Below, piece after piece: positions 1 to 9,521 of a DNA stretch of 64,000 nt. The notes under the pieces were generated by a model. That model saw only the letters and a list, made by a program, of their open reading frames with translations, searched no databases and was not told the origin of the DNA. Source of the DNA: the human T2T-CHM13v2.0 reference genome, Homo sapiens; NCBI RefSeq assembly GCF_009914755.1, contig NC_060941.1; one strand, given 5' to 3'. The position numbers were made by a program, and so were the translations under genes. Numbering within the stretch: position 1 is the stretch's first letter; each line of letters opens with the position of its first letter.

Positions 1-1054
1 CGGTGCTCCAGCATTCGTCTTCCCTGGATTTCTCAGCTCGCAGGCTCGATAACTCTCTTCTCTCCCCAGACTTGTTGGCAGGCAAGAGGAATAACTCATG
101 TGAGTCAAAAGCAATTTGCAAACATAAATAATTTTCAATGCCAGGAGAGGAGACGGTGGGAAGATGCATGGAAGGTTGAGAGGAACACAGCCAGCCCCAA
201 GTCTCCCTCGCCCTGCTGGGCACTTCCTCTTTCCACCTCGGCGCTGGTGGGAGAGTCGGAGTGCGCCATAAACAAGGCAGGAAACGGCTATCATGATGCT
301 CACTTCCGCTCTTCCTAGAAGGGATTCTGCTCGGCAATCTCTCCACTCCCCACCCCCTGCCATGCACAGGATTTTGTACTCCCAGCTCCTCTGGAGGCTC
401 AGAGGAGGAGATGGTCCTGCTGCACTGGCCCAGCCTTCCTCTACCTGGCTTGTCTTTTTCCTTGTCCTCAACCCCAAACAGCAAGTATCCTAACAAAGAA
501 TGGATAGTACACTATTATTTTTGTGACATTCATCTCAGTGTCATATTCCAAAGGAGCTTGACATAATTGTCCTGTTCCTAATTTGGACACTGGTTTACGA
601 AAGTGTGGTGACCACTGGAGACTGTTCTCTGACAGTGTAACAGGTATTCGCCCCTTTCCCCAGGGTACTAAGACTCACGTGGCCCTGACAGCCAGCACAG
701 TCTCTTAGGAGGTTCCGGAGGGTGGCAGTGGGAATGAGCGTAGAGCCGTGTCATTTCGGAGGGCTGAGTGCGTTCCACACATCTTCCCAAAGCCCACCCC
801 AAGAGGCTGTCTAACGCAGGGGGAAACAATGAGAAACCAGATACCATGGAATTAGCAAAGAATTTCTCAGATGAAACAGGAAAGGGAGGAAATCCAGAGG
901 GGTTTACATTACACCTGGCTCAGGTTGAAAGGATTCAGGGCCAGTTGTTGGCAATATTAAACTCCAGGCTGCGTTTGAAAGGGTCCTTCACTCGGGCAGC
1001 CAAAGAGAGGCGTTCCTGCCAGGATAGGTTGCATCGCTGCAGATCTCCAGCCCT

Positions 1055-1325
1055 ACGTGCATACACACGTGCACACACACGTGTACACACACGTGCACAC
1101 ACATGTATGCACACACATGCATGCACACACATGTATGCACACACACGCATGCACACACACACACATGCACACATGCATGCATACATGCACACACGCGCGC
1201 ACACGTGTGCACGCACATGCATGCACACAGACACGCACACGCACACACATGCATGCACACACGCACACACATGCACACACACGCACACACGCATGCACAC
1301 ACACACATGCATGCACACACGTGCA
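1055..1325. repeat. Degenerate (CA)n/(TGCACA)n simple repeat, ~270 bp
   Basis: Near-continuous purine/pyrimidine alternation; source of the H/T/C/V/M-rich pseudo-ORFs. Confidence 0.95.
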
Positions 1326-1638
1326 TCTTGGATATCTCTTGTTAATGTCAGCCCTCTGCCCCAAACTAGATTTGAAAACTTGTAGGTAATCAAGTTTTCT
1401 GGTTAAGAGAAATAATCCCAGCCAACAGTTAGTAAGCTCTTATGTGTCAGGCCTTATCCAAACAGTTCACACGAAGACCAGATCCAAAAATAAAAGTGTG
1501 CTTTGTCCTCTGTGTGTTGCTGTGTGTGTGGGGGGGGGGTCACATGCACACCCACATCTCTGCCACCCTGAGTTGCGTGTTAAAGCTGCCTACGTAAGGG
1601 TAAAGTGGTTGCCATGCTGTTAGAAACGTGTAACATGT

Positions 1639-1984
<346 letters not shown>

Positions 1985-2307
1985 TCAACCATGAGCCTCT
2001 GGAACTTACTCCAGGATTATCCTTAGGGTCTGTTTCCCCAAATTCAATTACTACATAATTACCTGGAGTCTCCTGAAATTCTCACCAATGGATCAGGTGG
2101 AGAGCCAGGGGGCAGCAGGACCCCAGAGCAGCTGAGCGTGCACATGTCTGCTCTGCCCATGGTGGGGAGAGAGGGAACAGCCTCTGGGATGAGAGGGATG
2201 AGTCTCCTAAATGCTGGGGCTCCTGGGGGCAGCCCTGGGCCCTGGGTTTGTGGGTGATGTTAACGGCTTGCAGAGCAGGAACTGGCTTCTCTGCCTGAAA
2301 GCCCCAG

Positions 2308-2372
<65 letters not shown>
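2308..2372. repeat. Compound (TC)n(CA)n microsatellite
   Basis: Directly visible. Confidence 0.97.
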
Positions 2373-2375
<3 letters not shown>

Positions 2376-2744
2376 CTATACAGACACAAGGCATTGGATT
2401 CTGAGGTTTCTATTTAAGAACTGTGCAGGAGCTGAGGGAGTGCAGAGGACACCAAGACACACTGTTTTCCTTTCAGGAGCTCCAGGCTCTGTCTAGTTGG
2501 AGAATCCAGGCCCATATGCATATATGGGTGTTGGAATGTGCAATTGATTGACAATGAGTAGTGGGCGGGGGTGGGGGGCAGTAAACAGTGAATACATCAA
2601 TAATTCAGCAGAGCAGGCCCTGGTAAAGGCTGGAATAATCTAGAACAACCTCAGGGAGGGGATGGGGCCTGAGCTGGCCTCTGAAGGACTCACAGGACCC
2701 TGGAAATTGGGAGCAGGACGGACCCTGAGAGGCGGATGATGCTA

Positions 2745-2933
2745 GCTCTAAATCCTTCTTTCCTCATTGACTGGCTGTTTGACCTTGGGCAGGTTACTCA
2801 AGGCCTCCATATTGCCACCTGTGAGAGAGGGACAATGACATTCCCCACCTCACCAGATGTGAGGATTTAATGAGATAATTCCCCTAAAGTGCTTGGCACA
2901 TAGTAAGCTCAATCAATGTTAACTGTTATCATT
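2745..2933 (+). mobile_element. MIR SINE
   Basis: tgaccttgggcaggttact ... gtgaggatttaatgagata ... gtgcttggcacatagtaagctcaat matches the MIR core and 3' end. Confidence 0.85.
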
Positions 2934-3281
2934 TACTGCAAAGGGAAGAGAGGAGCAGGAGGAGGGAGTTGGGGGTGTGGTGGCTGCAGGAAGTAGACAC
3001 TTGTGTCCAAGAATAACAACCTTCAGTAGGATTTCCTCTGCCCAGCAGTCACCTTCTCAGAGGAGCAGCCACCAGAACACAGAGCCAGAGAATACGCTTA
3101 TTTGGAGAAGAAAGAAGATTTGATTTTGTCCAAGTGCAGGCTTGCCAATTTGCGGCTTGTCCTAACTCTCCTGTCCCAATGTCACTCTTAGGGACCCAGG
3201 ATAAAGTTGGGGAGGCTGAGGCTGAGGTTTCAGATCCACAGATAATCCCCCCAGCAGGAACTGAGGGAAGAAGGCAGAGAG

Positions 3282-3353
3282 CTTTAGAGAGGGGGAGAGG
3301 GGTCAGGAGAGTTCTTTAGAGAGGGGGAGAGGGGTCAGGAGAGTTCTTTAGAG
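3282..3353. repeat. 32-bp tandem duplication (~2.2 copies)
   Basis: Unit tttagagagggggagaggggtcaggagagttc starts at 3283, 3315 and (partial) 3347. Confidence 0.95.
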
Positions 3354-3968
3354 GTAAATATGACTGTGTGTCCATGCCTCAGTCAAACTAAGACTCCAGG
3401 CCAGAAATCGTTAGAAGACATTTAGATCTGACACAAGATGTTTAATGTTCCCTGGTGAAAAAATAACCTGTGTGTTTACTTAGGGAGTTTTCCAGGAGTG
3501 CTTAAGGTTCTCTCCCAACCCAATTCATCTTCACCATCTTGGCTCATCCTTTAAGGTAACCAAGAAATGGAGCTGTGGACAGGTAAAGGTTCTCTGGTGA
3601 GGGGAGTTGGTGCACCAGCCATCTCCCTTGTTTGCTCTAGAAGTTTGCTGTTTGGTGCTGGCGGGAGTCGGGGAGGAGCCCAATGTGGGTCAAATGGCAG
3701 AGGGACCCATTCTGGTCTCCCCCACTTCTCTGGGTTGTATCGCATGCACAGAGAACCTGAGAACTCCCACCCAGCCCCCACTAAATACCAGGTGAGGACC
3801 CTACCATCATGCAGTCATCCAGCAATTGTTCTATGCCTGACAACATACAGTATCATAACCACAGTGGCAGGACAGGTGGCTTTCAGCTTCCCATGCCTTC
3901 TCTCTCCTACTGGACTAGAACATCCCTGTGGGCAGGGACTGACCCTGTTGACGACTCAGGACCAAAAT

Positions 3969-4165
3969 ACGGCTTCCAGATAAAATCCAGGATGGCCAAC
4001 TAGAGTCTGAATTTTACATAAACAACACATCCTTTTTTTAAAAAAGTAGAAATATGTCTCCAGCATTTCATGGGACAACTTCCACTAAAAGATTATGCAT
4101 TGTGCATCTGAAATTCAAATTTCACTGGGCGCCCTAGATTTTTATTTGCTCAGTCTGCCAACACT
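3969..4165 (-). mobile_element. MER53 palindromic hAT MITE
   Basis: ccagataaaatccagg ... atctgaaattcaaattt ... tttttatttgctcagtctgccaac matches MER53 consensus. Confidence 0.75.
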
Positions 4166-4932
4166 GGACCCAAAGCACCCTGGATCTGTGGATCTCCTCT
4201 CCGCTGGACCCAGTGGGATCCAGGGATGGAGCAAACGCTAAAGGGCCGAACTTGGCTCTTCTGCAAATGAGCTGGGGGAGGGGCAGGCTGCACGGAGACC
4301 AGAGACTGGGGCGGGGCTGGGGTAGGCAGGGCTCGCTTTTCAGGGGTGGATACACAAGTGCTCCTCTCTCTGCCTGGGTGAGCTCCAGCCTGAATGCTGG
4401 AGGTTCAGCCCCATTAGAAAGATTCATTTTGAGGAAAAATAAAGACCGTGGGCTTGCTAGTGTGCAGGGTTAAGACCTAGCACCCTGCTTTCCTTCTCTT
4501 CCCTGAGCTTGGGCTCAAAGAGAGGTTTTACTACCCTTTGCTTGTGGGCACTGAGGGACATCCAGGGTTAGGAAGAGGCCGTCTACACCCAGAAGAACTG
4601 GGGCACCTGGACTCTCCCCACCCCAAAGACCCTTTGAGGAGAAACCCTCCTGTCCCTGGCCCCCTTGGAGCATTTCCAAACCCTTAACACCTTCGAAAGC
4701 CTGTGTCCAAGAGGCCCTGGGGCAGGTGGCCATGGCGTGTCTCCCTGCAGGTGGTGGAGCAGCCAGCTGGGCTCTAGAATGAGCATGGAACCTGGGCAGG
4801 CTGTCTGCCTATCAGGACCTCAGACTCTCCTCCCACAGGGAAGCCCAACCCCTGTGGGGACTGAATTGAACAAGAGTCACAAGCCCAGGGGCACCTGACA
4901 TGTCTCAGAAGGGTCAGCAAATGTCCCTTTCG

Positions 4933-5068
4933 TCTAGGGACAGAGGGGGTCTCGGACCCTCTAGGGACAGAGGGGGTCTCGGACACTCTAGGGACAGAGG
5001 GGGTCTCGGACACTCTAGGGGCAGAGGGGGTCTCGGACACTAGGGGCAGAGGGGGTCTTGGGCACTCT
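4933..5068. repeat. 27-bp G-rich minisatellite (~5 copies)
   Basis: Unit ctagggacagagggggtctcggacact; appears as the SETPSVPRV repeat in ORF 4774..5187. Confidence 0.92.
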
Positions 5069-5899
5069 GTTGGGTCTGGCACCAGGCTGATATCCCAGCA
5101 GCTCTTCCTGACCCACCCGTGGCCTCTGCCCGTTGTCTGCCTTCTGACCTCAGGCTTCAGGCTCTGCCCAGGACCACCCTTCTCCACTCGAGGGCTCTGC
5201 TAGCAGGCCTGGTTTTGAAGGCCTCAGGCCACCTGCAGGCCACACCTTTCCAGGAATGGTAGTGGAACGGTTTCCTTCCCTGTTCTGCGGGAGTGCCACC
5301 CTCTACCTCCCCTCTCCCACCCCCAGACCCAGCCAGGCAGAAGCCACCCACAGGGTGGGGGACACCACCAAGGGCTAAGGGTCACTCTGGTCACCAACTG
5401 TGGGCCTGAACAAGAGGCTTCCCTTCCCCTCCCGAGTCTTCAGTTCTCCTCAGCTAGAAAAACAGGGAGACGACGTCCACGCCTGGCATGGGCCTTTGTG
5501 TACCAGCCGGTGAAGGACAGGCCCAATTCTCGTGCCCAGCAGGCAGTTTGCCAGAAGCAAGATCACCCTCCTTCCACCCCCGGGGTGGCAAAGGACATTC
5601 ATTCCGTGGAGGGGGAGGGGACTGTGTAACTCACTCTAAATGGGGCTGGGGTGACCGGGGGAGTGGGAGGGACCACTCACAAAAGCCAGGGCTAGAAACT
5701 CCCAACGGCTTTTTTTTAAAGAACTTCCCTTCCCCCTCCCCTCCCCATGCTGGGCTCCCCTCCCCCACGTCCAGCCGCTGGTGGCCTGCAGCCAACACTG
5801 GCCACACTGTCCGCATTCAGGCCTCCCCGCCCTCCTGGCCCTCATCTCTCCCCAGCCTTCCCCACACTGGCTCTCTCGCCACCTCGCCACCCCCCACCA

Positions 5900-6950
5900 C
5901 TCTGAACCACGTTGACCTCTTCCGCCCTGGCGCCCCGCACAGACCCGGGCCCCTTGGTCCCAGGCGGGCAGGGGAAGGGCTTCGGAGGCCGGGAGCAGCC
6001 CCGCGCCCGCCAGGCCCCCAGCCCCGCGGTCCCTGGCCCTGTGCGGCCACCTCAACCAGGAGGAAGATCGCTGCGTCTGCAGAAAGCTGGCCACCGCCGC
6101 CGCGTTCCCGGGTCGCGGCTTCCTGGCCCGCTGAGCCGCACCCCGGAGTTCGGCCCAGTCCCGTCGCCCCCTCTGGGACCTTAACCCCTTCCTCCCCCGC
6201 GACACCAAGGGCCTTGGCCTTGCCACCCTAAGGGAGAAGGGTGAGGAGTCCCAGCTCTCCTCGCTAAGGAAGTGGGGGTGGCAGGCCTCGCTCCCCCGCC
6301 CTCCTCCCCGTCCCCATCCATCTCGCAGGAAGCCCCCCGCCCCCCACCCCGGCAGCGCTCGCCGCGCCTCTAGTGGGAGCCTCTGGCCTGGTGGTTTCCG
6401 GGGAGAGAGCCCGAAGAGCAAGGGCCTCGGCAGCTTCCTCAGTGGGGCAGGGCCGGCGATGCCAGCCAGGGACGCCGGAGAGGCTGGGGGTCCCCGCCCC
6501 GCGGAACCTGCCCTACCGGGCGCGATTATTAAGAAGGAACCTCCCTGCCCCGCCAGGGCTTGCGCCTGGGTGTGTTGAGCCCCAGGGGTGGAGGCTACGG
6601 GGGAGGAGAGCCAAAGGTCAGCCGCTGCCCAGTGGGTGCCGCGAGGGAGACTAGCCCCACCCGCGTGTCCGCGCCGCCCACCCCTGCACCCCCTCCTCCC
6701 CTACCCAGAACCCAGGGTTTGCCAGTGCCTTGGGCACCGCCGGCCGGAAAGCCCTGGGGGCGGGGACGGCTCCCACACCCACCCCCCCGCAGGAATTCCC
6801 CTTCCCAGCCGGGCGCCTCTCGACTTCCCAGGGAGCGGGGTCACCCTCCTGCGCCGGCGCCGCGGCCCGCAAAACCAGCCCACTTCGCTGGTGCAAAGGT
6901 TCAGCACAGGGCTCGAAGGCGGAGTTGGTGGCGAGAGGGGTCCGCTCATC
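5900..6950. promoter_or_regulatory. CpG island immediately downstream of the CBX4 poly(A) site
   Basis: CpG-dense, GC-rich block separated from exon 5 by the AU-rich 3' UTR. Confidence 0.7.
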
Positions 6951-6959
6951 TCAAACAGC

Positions 6960-7767
6960 GAAAATGCACCTTCAACATCTCCATTTAATATTTACATTCA
7001 AGCAGGTAATAGTTGGAAGCTTATAGTTTAGACATTTCTAGTAGCAGCAGTTTCTAGAGAGCTCGTGTAGCCTTTTAACAAACTTTTTTTTTTTTTTTTT
7101 TTTGCACATAGAAACAAGACATCCATGTGTACAGTATCAAAAAATATATACCAAGGTTACTGGTATTGCAGTTCGTGGAAGGGGAAGAGAGGGGAGAAAA
7201 TGAAATCAACCGAAATACTGGATGGAGGGGAAGAAAGGTCAAAAGAAAATAGTTTGTCTGATATAGAATATAACATGATCTAGAGGAAACTCCATAAATC
7301 TAGGTTTTTATATTTCAATATATAAATACCTACAAATAAATATATATATAGCAGCCCGAAGGGGGGTGGTCGGGCCTTTTGAGCTCAAACAATACATTTC
7401 AATAATAACACCACGTACAAACGGGAGTAGAGTCAGCACTTGACAAGTTAGCACGGTTAAAATATAATACTAGAACTCTGAGGCCGGGCGCAGAGCTGCC
7501 CTGTCCGTTCCGGGGGTCCATCTCCAGCGGGGAAGGGCAGGAGAGGGCGAGCCCCGCCGGCACCGCGTGGAAGGGGCCTCCGCCCAGGTCTGACAGCCGC
7601 CGCAGGGGGAACATGGTTACCTCCGCTCCGGGCGTCCTCACCCTGGGGGCCAGCCTGGGTCTCTCGCGGTTGGCGGGTTGGCGAGAGGGGAGCCCGCCCC
7701 GAGGCCCCAGGTGCTCAGCTCCCCGCCCCCCCGCGGGAATGGCGCTTCCCCTTCCGACGCCCTCCGG
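6960..7767 (-). other. CBX4: CBX4 3' UTR (~800 nt; GC-rich proximal half, AU-rich distal half)
   Basis: Runs from the stop codon to ATTAAA (6989-6984), followed by U/GU-rich downstream sequence (gtgcattttcgctgtttg). Confidence 0.8.
6984..6989 (-). terminator. Polyadenylation signal ATTAAA of CBX4
   Basis: Minus strand reads TGTAAATATTAAA: UGUA upstream element, PAS hexamer, then GU-rich downstream element. Confidence 0.75.
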
Positions 7768-9204
7768 CTACACCGTCACGTACTCCTTGAAAGTAACGGT
7801 GAGGCAGTTCGCGGTGACGTCGGTGATAATTATATTCCCAAAGAAGGGCTTGAACTCGCTCAGCGACTCTGCAGGTTCGTCCTGGGCCTCGGCTGGAGGC
7901 TTCTCCGCCGTCGTGGTGGGTGCCGCTGCCGCCGCCACCGCCACCGCCGCCGACGCCGGTGTCTCGGGCTTCACCTGGAGGGAGCTGGGCGGCTCCCCGG
8001 CCTCGCTGCGCGTCTTGACGCAGCGCAAGTCTATGGGTTCATCCAGGTCTGAGTCTAGCAGGATGACCTCGGGCTGCGGGAGGGCGGCGGCTGGTGGCAG
8101 GTCGGCCGGGCGCTCAGCGGCTGGGCTGCCCCCCAGGCAGGTGGGGGTGCTGATGCTGCGCGCAGTCAGCCGCTTCTTGCAGGGCTCGCGCTCGCCGTGG
8201 GTCTCGGAGAGGCAGCGCTTGCGCACGTGGGAGAGATTCAGGCCGACGGCGTGGTGGTGGTGGTGGTGGTGGTGGTGGTGGTGATGGGGGTGCGGGTGCG
8301 GGTGGTGTGAGGGCGGGTGCGTGTTCCGGGCCGGGTCCCAGGCAAGCAGGTCGGGCTTGGTGGTGAGCTGCAGGGGCTGCTCTCCAAAGGCCTCCTTGGT
8401 CGGGGACAGCTTGCGGGAGCCGGCATCCTGGGGCTGCGGATCGCTAACCCCGGACACCTCCTCCTCCCTCCTCTTGGGCGGCGCCTCCACCTTCTTCTCC
8501 TCTGCGCCCGCCGCCTTTTTAAAAGTCCTGTCGGCAGGAGGGTGGCGCTCGTCGGCTGCCCGCTTCTTGTGGCTGGGGGAGCGAGCCTCCCCCTCTGCCA
8601 CCTCGCCGGACTTGATCTTCACCGCCTGCATGCCGTTCTCCATGTATTTGCTCATCACGATCACGATGCGTCCGTTCTTGTTCTTGTTCTTGACTATCTT
8701 CATCTTGCCCCCAATCCCGTTGCCCGTCACAGCCTCTTTGGGGGCCGGCATCATTCCGTTGGGGGGGCCCTTCTCGGAGCCTTTGCCTGGAGCACCCGCC
8801 GCACCGGCCAGGGGCTTCACCGCCCCCAGGTAGCCTTTGGCCCCCGCACCTTGCGCCCACTTGTCGGGCGGGTGGCTCTTGGCCCCCAGGTCCGGGCAGG
8901 TGGGGCTGGGCGCCTCCTTGTGGCCGCCCTGGTACTGCAGGTCGTACATTTTGGGGTCGGGCTGGTAGGGGTGGTGCTTCTTGCTGTTGAGCTGGTAGTA
9001 GTACTTGCCGCTCTTGCCCGGCGGCGGGGGCTTGCCCGCCCGCTCCTTGCTGTGCGGCTGGTACTGGTGGTGCTTCTTGCTGTTGAGCTCGTACTGATGC
9101 CCCTGGCCCTTCCCCTGCGCGCCCAAATCCAGCTTGGCACGGTTGTCAGTGGAGGAGTCCTGGAGGCCGGTCAGGACATTGGAACGACGGGCAAAGGTAG
9201 GCAC
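7768..9204 (-). CDS. CBX4: CBX4 coding exon 5 (residues 83-560: SIM1 IVIV, poly-His, SIM2 VILL, CtBP-binding PIDLR, SUMO site VKPE K494, C-terminal Pc box)
   Basis: Acceptor cctcag|GTG; 1437 nt to TAG at 7770-7768. Total CDS 69+44+66+67+1437=1683 nt = 560 aa. PIDLR at 8037-8023; VKPE at 7974-7963 with K at residue 494; Pc box IIITDVTANCLTVTFKE. Confidence 0.99.
   Translation of the reverse strand: MPTFARRSNVLTGLQDSSTDNRAKLDLGAQGKGQGHQYELNSKKHHQYQPHSKERAGKPPPPGKSGKYYYQLNSKKHHPYQPDPKMYDLQYQGGHKEAPSPTCPDLGAKSHPPDKWAQGAGAKGYLGAVKPLAGAAGAPGKGSEKGPPNGMMPAPKEAVTGNGIGGKMKIVKNKNKNGRIVIVMSKYMENGMQAVKIKSGEVAEGEARSPSHKKRAADERHPPADRTFKKAAGAEEKKVEAPPKRREEEVSGVSDPQPQDAGSRKLSPTKEAFGEQPLQLTTKPDLLAWDPARNTHPPSHHPHPHPHHHHHHHHHHHHAVGLNLSHVRKRCLSETHGEREPCKKRLTARSISTPTCLGGSPAAERPADLPPAAALPQPEVILLDSDLDEPIDLRCVKTRSEAGEPPSSLQVKPETPASAAVAVAAAAAPTTTAEKPPAEAQDEPAESLSEFKPFFGNIIITDVTANCLTVTFKEYVTV
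8251..8286 (-). repeat. Coding trinucleotide repeat CAT(CAC)11 encoding His12
   Basis: Plus strand (GTG)11 followed by ATG. Confidence 0.95.
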
Positions 9205-9454
9205 CTGAGGGAACGGGTGCAGGGGTGAGAGGAGGGAGGAGACAGCCCCACCGCATGCCGGGAGTTTCTGGAGCGTCCCAGCCCCCACCAGGTCCGCAGC
9301 TGCCTCATGGGGGGCAGGAGGTGGGAGGTCTAGTAGAAAGGGAACAGGGTCAGGGTGCTGGGAGGAACCACCACCACCCCCCCCATCCCCAGGCCTGGAG
9401 GCAGCTCTGGTGGCCATGTCAAGGGGGTGCCCAGGGGCGGCCGTGTGTATTCAC

Positions 9455-9521
9455 CTGCACCACTAGCGGTTTGGGCTTCGGCCCTCTCTTCCGATATCCC
9501 ATCAGCTGCTCCTGCCGTTCC
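9455..9521 (-). CDS. CBX4: CBX4 coding exon 4 (ERQEQLMGYRKRGPKPKPLVVQ; AT-hook-like motif)
   Basis: Acceptor cccacccag| and donor CAG|GTGAAT; 67 nt; RKRGPKPK AT-hook-like motif typical of CBX4/6/7/8. Confidence 0.97.

Noticed and set aside
768-1393. His/Thr- or Cys/Val-rich ORFs
   Set aside because: Translations of the (CA)n-type simple repeat.
1-1500. Annotated lncRNA that I recall lying between CBX8 and CBX4 (LINC01977)
   Set aside because: Exon structure and strand cannot be established from this sequence, so it is not reported as a feature.
4933-5068. CRISPR-like array (also 3282-3353 and 60826-60999)
   Set aside because: Head-to-tail tandem units with no unique spacers, no cas genes, and a mammalian context.
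7613-9228. Antisense ORFs of 223, 303 and 170 aa over exon 5
   Set aside because: Shadow frames expected from high GC3 codon usage of the sense CDS; no domain and no transcript evidence.
7768-9417. 549-aa single-exon ORF as the true CBX4 CDS
   Set aside because: The first 71 codons are intron 4; canonical CBX4 is spliced from 5 exons (560 aa). Kept only as a hypothetical isoform in findings.
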